This document shows positions 13,195 through 26,800 of a stretch of DNA of 64,000 nt, one piece after another; position 1 is the stretch's first letter; every line of letters starts with the position of its first letter. The notes under the pieces are model-generated. The model worked only from the letters and a program-made list of their open reading frames with translations, had not been told where the DNA came from and did not search any database. Location of the stretch: the NCBI GenBank assembly GCA_964016885.1, contig OZ024747.1:28086001-28150000 (forward strand). The letters run 5' to 3'. The DNA is from Eledone cirrhosa (taxonomy: Eukaryota). A program made the translations under genes and the position numbers.

Positions 13195-13420
13195 AGGGTG
13201 GTGGATTGGCAGTATCGGTTGAGGGTCAGATGCCATGCTTTGCAGCATAGAGTTACGCCCCTTTACGGTTTGAGTTCAAATCCCGCTGAGGTTAACTTTG
13301 CCTTTCATCCTTACGGGGGTCGATAAAATAAAGTACCAGTCACACACTGGAGTCGATTCAATCGACTTTCCCCTCCCCCAAAATTGCTGGCCGTGTGCTT
13401 ATATAAGAAACCATTATTAT
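13195..13420 (+). mobile_element. tRNA-derived SINE family A with (ATT)n tail; many copies, e.g. 11925..12100(-), 18535..18725(-), 25770..25985(-), 48830..49010, 50864..51060, 55007..55215, 59320..59500
   Basis: A-box TGGCAGTATCGG, B-box GAGTTCAAATCCC, conserved core GCCTTTCATCCTTACGGGGTCGATAAAATAAAGTACCAGT, tail AGAAACAATTATTATT. Confidence 0.85.
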
Positions 13421-13771
13421 TATTATCTATATCATCATCATTTCATTTTACGTCCACTTTGTCCCTGCATGCAAGGGTGGGACGGGAACTGATTCTAGCT
13501 TGATTTCTACAGCTGGATGCCCTTCCTAACACCAACCTCATTTACAGTGAGTGCTGGGTGCTTCTTTGCCTTGGCACCTCCACGACCACTTTGCAGTGGA
13601 ATGATAGGGACCTCAGTCCCTATCATCTCATTTCTACAGCTGAGTAAACTGGAGCAATGTGAAATAAAGTGTCTTGCTCAAGGAAACAACACATCACCCG
13701 GTCTTAGAATTGAACTCACAACCTTTCGATTGCAAGGCCAATGCTCTAACCACTAAGCCATGTGCCTCCAT

Positions 13772-14270
13772 ATATTAATATGTTTATACCTAAGTACCGT
13801 ACGTACGTCTGACCGTGTGTCACGCTTTCAGTAATATAAATAAAAGTCGAATGACGTCCGTGAGATTTGCTAAAACAATGGAAGTGGGGTGGTAAACAAT
13901 CTGCGAAAATCTACAGCGAAAGAAAATCAAAAAGCGTTGCAACATTTGGAAAGGAGAGAGAGAGGGGCTTATACTATAGAGAAAGGGATGGGTTATAATA
14001 TATAGAGAGAAGGGGGTTATAATATAGAGAGAGGGGGGTTATAATATAGAGAAAAGAGGGTTAAAATATATATAGAGAGACGGGAGTTATAATATAGAGA
14101 AAGGAGGGTTAAAATATATATAGAGAGGGGTGTTATAATATATAGAGAGGGTAGTTTTAATATATAGAGAAAGGGATGGGTTTAATATATTCAGAGAGAG
14201 GGGGTTATAATATATTTAGAGAGAGGGGGTTAGATATATAGAGAGAGAGGGGTGTTATACTATATAGAGA
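13772..14270 (+). mobile_element. Non-autonomous Helitron-like element with internal minisatellite
   Basis: Ends GCCGGGTTATTCAGCTAG/T (CTAG 3' terminus before T); internal ~20-25 bp tandem array GGGGGTTATAATATAGAGAGA at 13960..14240. Confidence 0.55.
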
Positions 14271-17200
14271 AGGGGGGTTATCTCTCTCAATGCCGGGTTA
14301 TTCAGCTAGTTATTATTATTATTCTTTGCAACATATTGATATGACTCTATGTTCTGAGGTCAATTTTGACTATCATCCCTATAGGGTGGATAAAATAAAT
14401 TACCAGTAATGTACTGAGGTCGATTTAATCGACTTCCTCCTCCCCCAAAATTGTTGGCCTTGTGCCTAAATCAGAAATTCTTATCATTGTCATTGACTCA
14501 ATTGAGTGCTGACAAAATTTTGTTTAGTCTCTTTATGCTTTGTTCAAATCTCCCAATGGTCAACTTTATACAAAGCAGAAGTATATGGCTTTATGTCTTG
14601 TTTCATGATTTTATATAAGTGAGTATGAACTGTGTGGTGGAAAATGCAAGCTTCGTAATTTTCTTAATGTGGTCAGAACAGGAAGTATAAAAAAACTAGG
14701 TTTGTCAGCTTACTAAACTGTAAGTTGAAATTTTATTTAAATGAATGGAGCACATAACTAGAAAAGAGGGCTCATGTTGTAGGGCTAGCCTAGGATGTGA
14801 GATATCCAGGCACTGATACTGCTTCAAGGGTTGATAAAATTAGATTACCAGTCCTGTATTGAGGTCAATTTAATTGACACTTCTCTGCTCCAATAGCTGA
14901 TCTTGTTTCCAGTGCCTCACTAGTACTTTATCAACCTTGGAAGATTGAAAGGCAATTCCGCTGAGATCAGCTTTGTCTTTCATTTTTACAGGGTCAATAA
15001 AATAAAGCTCCTGTAAAGCACTGTGGTTAATTTAATCGATTTTCCCATTCCTTTCAAATTGCTGGCTTTGTACCAAATGTAGAAAAGAAACACTTGTTAC
15101 CAATAAAGAAATAATTGTTATTATCAATTTCCTATTGTATGTCATTGAAAGAAATTCAATATTATCTCTGTCCTGTGGTGTTTTTTACAGATAGTTCACT
15201 GAGGTAGAGGGAAGTGAGGGAGGAATATGCAATAGCAAAGAAGGATACATTTATTGTACTGCCTCCCACTGTTATTGATTCAGTGAAGAAGACTGATACA
15301 TTAATTATACAGGTAGATATTAATTCAGCTGTTCCTGCTGCCTTACATTGATAGGTGAAGGAGGTCACCATACCAAATGTATGACAAACTAATGTTGGTC
15401 TCCAGCAGCAATCAACTGTTGACCTTTTAATTTGAACCATTTGGGGAGTTTGGGTATTGAGTGAAACTTTCTGAGGAATATTCTCTGGCCAGATGCAAAT
15501 ACAGATTGGGTATTAAAAGTGGTTCAGGCATCCAGACAACACTGACTAACAGACTGCTGATGGCCATAAATGTTGTAGCAAGATGACGCCACCTGGTGTC
15601 TGGCTTTAAAAACAGACAATTAACTGCCCTTAGTTCTGATGTCACATTCTGACGTCATTAGCTGAAGGCTGTCTCTTCCAACTTTGACTTTCATGCCAAC
15701 AAGACGTGTTTGTTGGCCCGTCGCATCTATAATGCACCATGCGGTCAATGATACATTTCAACGCATCCCCTTTATGACAATATCTGACACGAAGTCAAGG
15801 AGCAACAGATGTAGTAACCTGTCTCGTTGATTTCAGTGATTAAAATGCTTATGTATATATAATCATCGAGGGATGTCTTTTATGAACTGTTTGTTGCGTA
15901 TACACTTACAAAAAACCTATAGAAGAGATGATCATTCAACCAAACTAGGGAAGTGAACAATCCTCAAAAATGTGTTTGCATTGCTCAGCTAAGGTAAAAC
16001 TGACAAAAGAACTGCAAAGCCAGAAGTGTGTTTTTCACTGCTCAACTAAGTGACACTGACGAAGACTGCTGATTATTGAGAACCAGAGATGTGTTTTTAC
16101 TGCTCAGCTAACAAACTATTGACTACTGAGGGCCAGAGGTGTGTTGAACAAGTGTCTTTACCATAGTCTCAGGTCAACCCAAGCTTTGTAAATGAAATTG
16201 GATAGATGGAAACTGTGGAAGCTGTTGCCTGTATTTCAAAGGGCCATCCTTGTCACATATTGCATCACACTGATTCTCCCTGTTAAGAGTGTGCATATCT
16301 ATGGAGTGCTCAACTGCTTATACAATAATTGGAGAGATGAAAGGCAAAGTTAGCTCCAGCTTAATTTAAATACAAGTCGTTATAGAATGAAACTAGAGAT
16401 TTAAACTAGTATTCTACCGTTTTTATTTGGAATTCAGTCCCATTATTCCGTTTTTGTTTTCGATTTCACATCTCTTCGTATTTATGTATATATTGTAAAT
16501 ATAAATTTTAATGTTCCATTTTTCTAAATTCAATTTTTTATTTTGTTGTTTTGGTCGCTGTCATTGTTGTCGATACAATTGCTTTTGTTAGGTTATGGTG
16601 GTGCATTAGTAGAATCTAAAGAGCATCGAACAAAATGTATTGCATTAATGTATTGCAGCTGTTTAGGTCTTGGATTCAAATCACATCGAGGTAATATCTG
16701 AAAGTAGTAGTTAAAATTTATATTTCTCTACAATTTCCAGTATTATATTTCAAATCAAACTAACGTGACAAAAGGGTGTAAACATATTTATTCCACATTT
16801 TCACCTTTCTGAGGTTGATAAAATAAAGGACAAGTCAGGAAGTGGGGGTCAATTTAATCAACTTTTCCATTCCGCAAATTAGAACCAATTGTTATTAGAT
16901 TTTTTTAAATATGTATGCCATTGTTTTGCTATGCTTTTACTGGATTTATGTCCCCTTAATCTTGATTTTAAGGTTACTAATGTTAAATTGATACTAGACT
17001 TTAAATGTTATACAATAAATCGTGTTGTATACAAGAGAACCTTTTCGTCTCATATATGGAGTGAAACCGAGCTGGTGAACTGGTAAAGAAGGAAAGACTG
17101 AATAAAGGCGAAAAACGCCGGCTTATACCCTTGTATATGACCTAGTGCTAACATTATAAATGCTCACTGTCTAAACCCAATGGAGGAATCATCATCATCA

Positions 17201-17594
17201 TCATCAAAGCTGGTACTTCAGTCATCACTATCATCAATCAGTTAAGCTGGTATTTCAATGAGAAGTTTCAGAGAGCCAAAGGAGCTGTGAATATCTAACA
17301 TCAGCTCCATCTTTAAACAAAATGTCAACTTCCCCTTTAAATTTTGAAAGAGGCCTCCTCTCCTCTCCTTCCTGGGGGTCCCCAAAACAGTCTTGTTTGA
17401 TAGAAAATACCTCTCTCAGACCCTGTCTGTTGACAGAAACTGAGTTAACATCAGTGTTATTGACAATTTCAATTATGTTAAAGTCTGCCTCATTAATGTT
17501 TTCTGCTCATCAATAACATTACCTGACAGCTAAGTCAGTTGCTTGAAGAGTTTAACATGTACACATTTAAGGTTACAAAAGGGGAATTGCTACA

Positions 17595-17890
17595 TACACA
17601 CACACCACTGTACCACACCATACCACACACGACTCCATACACCATACCACAACACATACCATCGTACCACACCACACTACACCACACCATACTCACTACA
17701 CATTGCACACACCACACCATGCTACACCACACACACCACACCAAACCATGCTACACCACACCACATCACACACACCAACACACCACACTATACACATCTC
17801 ACAGCATGACACATACTACCCACCACATACTCACACTACATGCAACACTACACACACTAACACACACATACCACAGCACACCAACACATA
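17595..17890. repeat. Degenerate (CACAC/CACCA)n low-complexity tract; similar tract at 62815..62942
   Basis: Seen directly in the sequence; explains the His/Thr-rich ORFs. Confidence 0.85.
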
Positions 17891-18915
17891 CTGTTATTGA
17901 TCCTTTAAATCAATTCTTTTATCGATCAATTTAAATATCTTCATGACACACAGCTGAGTTTGTATAGCTTGATTTCCTTTCATAGACATTAATAATGCTT
18001 CTATGAAAAGTATGAAGGCCACAACACACCACTTCTTATCCTTATAATTCTGTAACCTTGCACTAAATCACGAGAGGGCAATTTTCATTAAATGTATCTA
18101 TTTCGTAGTGGTGGTGACATGATAAAATACGCCCAGTACATTCTGTAAAGTTGTTGGTGATAGGAAGAGGATCCAAGAGAAAAATTGCTGAACAAAAGGG
18201 TTTAGAGAATGTTTAGTTATGTCAAAAGACATGACAACCTCTGCAGTGCTAGTGCCATGATAAAATGCACCTATTGCATTCTGTATAATGTAGGAATGCA
18301 TGTAAGCGAGATGCACATCCCCGTCTATGAGGTCAGAAGCTCTGATTAAGTACTGACTTGGTTTCTGACAACTCATCCAACCCTTGCTAGCAAGAAAGTA
18401 GACAATAAATGATGATGATGATAATATACTTTTAAACCTTTCATTACCACATTTATTAAATCATGAAAGATGAAGAAGTTTGAAAATTATTAAGCTGGTA
18501 TTTCAAACATAACTTAAAAGTTCTTTTAAAAATATAATTGTTTCTACTTTTGGCACAAGGCCAGCAATTACTCAGTTCATTACTGGTACTTTATTTTATC
18601 GACCCTGTAAGGATGAAAGGCAAAGTTAACCTCGGCGGGATTTGAACTCAGAATGGCAAGGGATGTAACTCTATGTGTCAAAGCATGGCGTCCGACCCTC
18701 TACCGATACTGCCAATCCACCGCCCTGTTCTTTTAAAAATATAATGGAAGGTTTTTAGATAAATATAAACATTTTAAAACAAATAGTTTAGTATCATAAA
18801 ACCACAAGTAGTTTCTGCTGTTTTGATATCAAAAAGATTAAAGCAGTTTATTCTAACTTACCTTTAATAAACATTTGTTTGATAAATGATAAATTAATCA
18901 TATTTTTTTCATCAG

Positions 18916-20028
18916 GTGTTTGTTGTAACAAGTCGTGTCCACCCCGGAGAAACTCCAGCCAGTTTTGTATTTAATGGTTTCTTAAACTTCATCCTTCGAC
19001 TGGATGATCCCCGGTCAATCCAGCTACGAAAGCAGTATGTCTTTAAACTGATTCCGATATTGAATCCAGATGGGGTCCTGAATGGTCATTACCGGACAGA
19101 TACACGTGGGGTGAACCTGAACAGAGTCTACGGTGACCCTAACTTTGAACTCAATCCGTCCATATATGCTGCCAAAAGTATTATAATATATTACCATGTT
19201 AACTATAGGATAAGAAAGGACATATACAAAGATATCAAATTTCCGTCAATAGACTTTTCACCAAAACAAACCGAATCCACCTCAAACACCTCTAATACTG
19301 CTTCTAAGTGCATTGTTAAATTCCCTGAAATTTCAAACATTGGTTTATGTCAGATCACTCAATCCCTTCATTCAGCCAGATCAGAGATAACCCACAAAGA
19401 ACTGAGCTATAAAGCACGTCTGTTAACATCTCATTACAACTATCGGAACTTATGTGATAATAGCTTACCAAAGAGGGCCCATTCCTTCTCCAATGACGGC
19501 AAGATGACTCGAAGTAAGCTGAAAACAAGGGTCACTAAATCTATAAACTTGTGTAGTCAGACAAGTGGCAGCAGATCTGATTCCGAAGATTCTTCAGAAT
19601 CTAAAGTTGCCAAGACTGGATCACGACCAATTAAGAACCAACATTCAGCCAAAACTAAAGAAAGGTTACGCATCATTGATGCCGAATTAGCTAAGCACTT
19701 AAAATTGTTGAGAATTTCTAATGAAAATAGCACCAAAATACACCAGCGAAACCAAAATGCTAGGATTTGCTCTCAGTCTGTGGAATGCAATGGGAAGTCA
19801 AATGAAGACAGGGCTAAAATGGGAACTGAAGGGTCTGATGAAGACCCTGACAGGTGCTATGGCTCCATGGCACTAAATGGTTCCTCATCTTCTCACCTCA
19901 GTAACAGTGCATTCCGCAAGATATTGCCTCAACATAGTGGCATTGCCTTCTATATTGATCTACATGGCCATGCCTCTCGGAAAGGCTGCTTCATCTATGG
20001 CAACTTCTTGGAGGCAGATGATTTACAG
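18916..20028 (+). CDS. AGBL5: AGBL5 coding exon 6 (M14 catalytic domain with large insert)
   Basis: atcag acceptor; SRVHPGETP (Zn ligands), [27 protein letters not shown]; donor GTAAGA at 20029; 371 codons. Confidence 0.97.
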
Positions 20029-20096
20029 GTAAGATTGAGATACATCGCCATCACCACCATTGTCATCATGATCATCATCATCATCACCATTACCAT

Positions 20097-20128
<32 letters not shown>

Positions 20129-20606
20129 CTATCATTATTGAAGTTAAAATATTTCCACATTTCACTACTCTGCCCCCCCCCCCTCTAAATATAAATGTTT
20201 AGAGTAATCTTAATGTAGATGTAACTACTTTTTTTTCAATTAAAAGCCTTAGCTGTGAAAAGAATGAAGTATGAACTATTCCACTGTACACAGAAAAATA
20301 TAAGAGATTATTCTGATGTCTGCATTTTCTATGTTATTTTCTCCTCATCAGAGGATAACTGCCCCTATGATTCTGTGTAGAGAGTAATATGGCCATGACA
20401 ACACTGTCGAACAGAATATAGAAACTACTTGAAATGGTCAGTGTAATTAGAATGTCTTCTTAATATACATTTTCTGTCTGATCAGCCTCAACTATTGGTA
20501 CAGATGTCACCCCTCCAACATCATCATTCTCCCTACAACAACCTATGCCCACAACACATGGAAGAGCATAGCAAAGATTGTCAGAAAACTGAAGACATTT
20601 CATTAA

Positions 20607-20814
20607 CCCTTTAGCATTTACATTACTCTATATTTACTATTATATTTTCATGGTAAAGGCTTTACCTCACATAATATTGAATCTATGATATTTTGATATT
20701 ATTTATTTTGAGAACAATACCTTAACATCAGTATGAGCTGCTGGTTACAGCTGATTTGAACAGAAAGAGGTGAGAGAATTCTGGTCAGATAGGGTCAGTT
20801 TAAATGCTAAAGGG
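20607..20814. mobile_element. piggyBac-type MITE with perfect 14-bp TIRs and TTAA target-site duplication
   Basis: TTAA|CCCTTTAGCATTTA ... TAAATGCTAAAGGG|TTAA. Confidence 0.85.
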
Positions 20815-21193
20815 TTAAAGGTGCCTCAGAATGATTATAAAGGTCACCTAGAGAAACTCAGTTACAAATGGAAACCACTTCAAAAAATAATTACAGTGAC
20901 TGTTCCATGTGACTAGCTACATTCTCCATCTACCTGATCACTGGCACTTGAAAACAGGTGGACTCTTCCTTGAAGTAATTGGAAAAGGGACTGACCAAAT
21001 ATCCCCTGGTAGTGGACATTTCAGGACAATATGAAGGCTGTCAATACCATCTGGAACGGATGTGAAAGAGCAGCCATGGACGGTGTGTGTTAGAAGATGC
21101 TTGTTACCTCCAGTGCAGGAGGGCCTAAGTCTAACTCTTCTAACATAAATATTTGTTTTTATATAAATAAATATTTATATTTCTGTATTTCAG

Positions 21194-21363
21194 ATCCAAA
21201 ATATGCTTTATCCCAAGTTGGTGTCTATGAATTCAGCACATTTTGAGTTTGATGCCTGCAACTTCTCTCAACGTAACATGTATATCAGAGACAAACGGGA
21301 TGGCCTCTCCAAAGAGGGAAGTGGACGGGTAGCTATTCATAAGTGTACAGGTATCATTCACAG
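21194..21363 (+). CDS. AGBL5: AGBL5 coding exon 7
   Basis: tttcag acceptor; encodes [43 protein letters not shown]; donor GTACAA; phase 0 to 2. Confidence 0.96.
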
Positions 21364-22034
21364 GTACAAAACACTTTTATACATCTTTACTGCACATCTC
21401 CCCATATCTTTCTTACCTCTGCATGACACACATCACATCCAAGTAGCTATTTATTAGTGTACGGGTATAATTTGCAGATACAGTATACTTTTCTACATCT
21501 CACCTTGTCTTAGTTGCCCAGCCACTACCACCTGTCACATGACACATCAAACTATCACAAGATATGCTTTAATTCTTAATGTCCTGTACCACATGAAACC
21601 TCATTAGCCAGGCATTCTTGAGAAGTACAAAACAGCGCTGTAACTACATCATATGTCTTTACTCTAATTCTACAAATGTTCACAACAATTTGTCTACTAG
21701 TAAAAATACTATAAACATTTGAACTAACAAACCTGTTTTTATACATTTTCTGCTAAATCATTACAGGAGACAGACACTAACAGACTTGTAAAGATGGCTA
21801 TTGATAGACAGGCAGATACACAAATAGATATCTATTTCTATAGCTAGCTATCTGTCCATGTTTGTTTCCCATCCCATCCTATCTCCATTCTCATCCCTAT
21901 CTAATCAATAAATCTTAAAATCCTGTGCCATATGTCATTACATTGTGCTTTCTATCTCATGGTGTGTCAGTGTATGTCTGTATGTGTTTCATTGCTATTG
22001 TCCTGCTGGTTTCAATTGAGAGTTTCTATTCCAG

Positions 22035-22170
22035 CTATACCTTAGAGTGTAACTACAACACTGGTAAAGTTGTGAATGCCATCCCCCCTGCATATGGGGA
22101 CAAGGGCAGAGCCTCTCCAGTTCCTGTTGTTAGTACACCTCCGAAATATACACCCAGCATCTATGAAGAT
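22035..22170 (+). CDS. AGBL5: AGBL5 coding exon 8 (catalytic Glu)
   Basis: ttccag acceptor; encodes [22 protein letters not shown]; donor GTAAGT. Confidence 0.96.
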
Positions 22171-22201
22171 GTAAGTAGTTTTAATTAATCATATTCTTTG
22201 C

Positions 22202-22202
<1 letters not shown>

Positions 22203-22260
<58 letters not shown>
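22203..22260. repeat. (CA)n microsatellite
   Basis: Seen directly in the sequence. Confidence 0.95.
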
Positions 22261-22268
<8 letters not shown>

Positions 22269-24173
22269 CTGGCATTATACACACACAAGCACACATATAT
22301 ATGCATTACACAGACATACACACATACATCTGTCTCCTGGTGTGTGTATGTGTGTATATATATATATGTATATATAAATGTATATATATTATATAAAACA
22401 CATGGCAAATTGGCACATACCTTCCTAGGAACTTAGTTTCCTGAAGCAAGCCTATATCATTGCTGCATTGTTTGTCAATAGAGTGATGAATGAAGCAACA
22501 ATAACATCATCTTGCTTTGAGAGACTCCAAGTACCAAGGAAAGTATATCCCAATTTGCCATGTGTTTTATATAATATAATGTATTTATATATTTACCTCT
22601 ATGTTTACATATTGAGAGCCCCTTTCTTTAGTGATTACAACTCCACAATTAAGCAGCGATGCATTTATATATATATATACACACATACATATATGCTCAG
22701 AAGTATGTTCTGATGGATGTATAATGTTAGTGTATATCAACAATATAGCATAAGTGAGCTGAGAGAAAAGCCTGGCATAAGCAGAACTGGATGTTGTGTG
22801 TAAGAGAAAAGACTGCACAGATATAGATGGGATGTGTACAGAAGATGACAGCTGTATAAAGAAGGGAAATCTCAGTGTATAGAACTCGTGGAAGAAGAAC
22901 CACAAAGGTATGGAGTGAGGTGTGATAGCTGACCTATAGAAGCTGAACTTCACAATGAAGATGACAAAGGATTGCAAAGATTGGCAGCAATGCTGTGCTG
23001 AAGAAGACTATCCTACAACATGACCTCACCTCACCTATCCTCATGTCCTCCCTTGCATCCTACTATTACTCCTTACCAGCTACCTGCACTAACACTGCAT
23101 ACCCTTACCCGCCCCTATAATACCCCTCCCCACCTCCCTAGTAGCCATTTTCAGCATCACTGAACACCTCCACCCCTCCTATTTCCCAACATTCATACTC
23201 TATCCAGAGTCACCACCCATCCTCTACTCACAATCCCCTGCCCCACACTCTAAAACTCTGATACACAAGTATCACTTAGTAGCTGTAATCATCACAATAC
23301 CTCTTGTGTTGCTGGAGGTCACCCTTCTCCTCCCACTCACCCTTTCAAATTCCTCCACTCTTAGCACACACCCATGATATACCTCCACTCCTGCCCATAG
23401 GGTAAAGAGAGAGCTCTTTAGTTAAGTCAATAACTAACAACCTCTCTAGTTCCAGTGTCACTAAAAATACACCATCTAAGGTTGTTGGTGACAGGAAGGG
23501 CATCCTGCTGTAGAAAACATACCAAAGGGTTGAGAGGCCTCTAGTTATGTCGGGGGCATGGCGATCTCCCTTGTGTTGGTGATCTACATAATAAATGCAC
23601 CCAGTACACTCTGTAAAGTGGTTAGAGATAGGAAGGGCATCAAGCCATAGAAATTTTGCCAAACTTAGGGTCAGGAGGTCTCTTCAATTATGCCATGATA
23701 AAATACACTCAGTTGAGTATAGGCTCATATGGCAGGCTCCAACCTATTGGAGTACAGAAATGTTTGTAAGCAGGCTGTGTCCTCAACTCCCCTTGAGGTC
23801 AGTGGCTCTGTTTCAGTACTGACCGACCTGTGACATGTCCCACTCTTGCTAGCAAAGAAAACAACCGTTAAATGATACTGATGAGATATTAATAAAGTAT
23901 ACTTGTCAAAAGTAATAAAACTTGGATGTCTTGATGAGTCTCATGAAAGACTAAAGCACTAGATTCATATTACATCCATTTTCCATGGTAGCATGGGCTA
24001 GAATGTGTGTGTGTGCATATGTGGAAGGAGTGTGTCTGTGTACATGTACATATGTGGAGTAAGTGGTGTGTGTAATGTTTATATATGTGTTTGTAATGCA
24101 TGTTATATATATGTATATGTGTGTTAATATTTGTCTTTATATGTTTAATGTTGTTTGCCCCTGTGTTTACAAG

Positions 24174-24352
24174 GTTGGCCAGGCTATAGCTGTTGCTGCT
24201 CTGGACATATCTGAGACCAACCCATGGTCAAGGGTCACCCTCTCAGAATACAAAAGCTTATATGGTACCAAAGAATGGTTAAGAAAATATTGTTTAATTC
24301 CAAAGGGATTTCTCAGACCAAAGAACTATAAACCACCCCTTCGTACACATAG
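24174..24352 (+). CDS. AGBL5: AGBL5 coding exon 9
   Basis: AAG acceptor; encodes VGQAIAVAALDISETNPWSRVTLSEY..EWLRKY (conserved in CCP5); donor GTAGGT; phase 0 to 2. Confidence 0.93.
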
Positions 24353-24964
24353 GTAGGTCCTCATATTATTTTTTATTCTTTTACTAGTTATTGAAGCCAT
24401 GCTGGGGCACTGGTTTGATTTAGTAGATCATGTTGATCCCAGTACATATATATTTTATTGTTTTACTGATGTCAGTCATTAACTGCAGCCTTGCAATTTA
24501 ATACCAGTACTTATTTTTATCAAGTCTGGTATATATATTTTATCAATCTCTCTTTGTCACACTGCTAAGTTATAGAATGTAAACACAGATACATCCATAA
24601 ATATTTATGCACGCACACACGCCTTCTGCAATTCCCAAGGTGCCACAAATTGGGATTCAAGCCAGACCGTTGTAAAGTGAACACCTTAAGAATTTGGAGG
24701 GATTTATGGATGTAATTAACTTTCTCATTATTAAACTGGTGTGTAGAAGATAATTTAACAAAGGTTTTTACATAAAATTATGATGGAAGGTTTTTAAATA
24801 TAAACACTTTAAAAGAAGTTTTGTATCATGAACCGGGGAGTTTCGGGTGGTTTTTTTATCAACGGGGTTAATATTTATGAATACAAATTCTCAGTTTGAT
24901 GTTTTTGTGAATGATTTGTGATTTGTTCATATCTATGTGCCATATAAATACTCCTCCCCCACGC

Positions 24965-25345
24965 TTGTACTATATATTTCCCTTACCTGTACTGTATATT
25001 TCCCTTACCTGTACTGTATATTTCCCTTACCTGTACTGTATCTCCCCCTCCTGTACTATATGACCATCTTGTTCTATATGTCTCCCCTACTACTATATAT
25101 CTGCCCCCCCCCCCCCCCGTACTATATATTTCCCTTGTTCTATAAGTCCCCCCCCCCTGTTCTGTATGACCACCCTATTCTATGTCTCCATTCTGTACTA
25201 TGTGCCCCTGTACTATATTCCACCCCCATACTATATATCTCCCCTTTCTGTACTATATATCCCACCCACCCTGTAATATATGTCTCCCACCCGCTATACT
25301 ATATGCCCCCTCCCCCTCTGTACTATATGATCTGCACCCTGTACT
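24965..25345. repeat. Degenerate minisatellite (CCCTGTACTATATAT-like, ~20-bp unit)
   Basis: Seen directly in the sequence. Confidence 0.8.
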
Positions 25346-25385
25346 AAAAATATATTTTAGATTTTGATGGTTTCTTTCTTTTCAG

Positions 25386-25522
25386 TTTTTCCCATTTCTC
25401 CACCTCCCGTAACAAAATCAACACTAACGAAACTATTTTATTCAACACACTCACAGCACAAACAGACGTTGTTCAAAAACATCTCCACTATGCCAAAAAA
25501 GAGCTGCATCCATTAAGGGAAG
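25386..25522 (+). CDS. AGBL5: AGBL5 coding exon 10 (predicted)
   Basis: Strong ttttcag acceptor; open in phase 2 to 1 (..HYAKKELHPLRE); donor GTAGGA; bridges the phases of exons 9 and 11. Confidence 0.75.
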
Positions 25523-25739
25523 GTAGGATTTCATACAATTATTCTTTTATTCGTTTCAGTCTTTAAACAACAGCCGGGCTGTGGTTGCCACCTTGAAGGC
25601 TTTTAGTCAATCTTATTGACTTCAGTACTTTTTTTTTCAAGTCTTATTTAATTTATCAATCTTTCTTTGTTGAACTGCTAAATTATGGAACATAAACAGA
25701 CAACGTAAACACACACACACACACACACATACACACACA

Positions 25740-25773
<34 letters not shown>

Positions 25774-26225
25774 TTTCTACTTTAGGCAGAAGGCCAGAAA
25801 TATGAAGGGGAGGGGAAAGTTGGTTAAATCGACCCCAGTACTTACTGGTACTTTATTTTATCGACGCCATAAGGATGAAAGGCAAAGCTAACCTCAGCGG
25901 GATTTGAACTCAGAATGTAAAGGAACGTAACTCTATGCTGCAAAGCATGGTGTCCGATGCTCTACTGATTTTGCCATTCCGCCATTACCATAACAGAAGT
26001 CTGATGAGCTTTTGATTCCAGAGTTGGGCCCGATCGATACAGATTGAACCATGAGTTGATCAATTGCAAAACGCACGTTACACCTCAATAAATCTAATGA
26101 AAATTTAACACCTCGTCCATATTATCATTATTATTATTATTATTACACTCTGAGACCTACCCGAGATTACTCATCGAGTACTCACTTGGGTAAACCTACA
26201 ACCTACTGTAACTTGACATTACAAT

Positions 26226-26262
<37 letters not shown>

Positions 26263-26499
26263 TACACACACAACAGGCTTTTACACAGTTTCCATCTACT
26301 AAATTTTACTCATAATGCTTATGCCACTTGGTTTTGAAGCAAACTCTTCAACCATCTGGTCATGCCTGCACCTATTTACCTTTCTGCTTCTAGGCTTCAT
26401 CTCCCTCCCCATAGCTAATTCTTCATGTTACAGTATATTTTGGGACATCAGTAGCTCTGTTCTATTGTTTAACTCTTTTCATATCAACTCTACTGAAAC

Positions 26500-26800
26500 C
26501 CCCTACCTCTGGTCCCTTCTTACCATCTCACCTGATACCCCTTCCTCTTGTCCTTCCATACCAACTCACCTCAGACCCCTAGCTCTGGTCCTTTTGTACC
26601 AACTCACTTGAGACCTCTACCTTTGGTCCCTCCTTATCAACTCACTTGAGACCCCTACCTTTAGTCCTTTCATACCAACTCACCTCAAACTCCTACCTCT
26701 GGTCCTTCCTTACCAACTCACCTGAGACCCCTACTTCTGGTCCTTCTTGCCAGCTTACCTCTAACTCTGATCCTTTCAAATCCCAAACTCTGGTCCTTAC
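26500..26800. repeat. Minisatellite, ~37-39 bp unit (ACCAACTCACCTGAGACCCCTACCTCTGGTCC..)
   Basis: Several diverged tandem units are visible. Confidence 0.8.

Noticed and set aside
20029-20202. Ile-rich hydrophobic C-terminus of ORF 18916..20202, suggesting a transmembrane helix
   Set aside because: It is intron read-through across a (CAT)n microsatellite after the donor at 20029.
26000-26050. CTGATGAG with a weak downstream stem
   Set aside because: No GAAA core at the right position and poor pairing.
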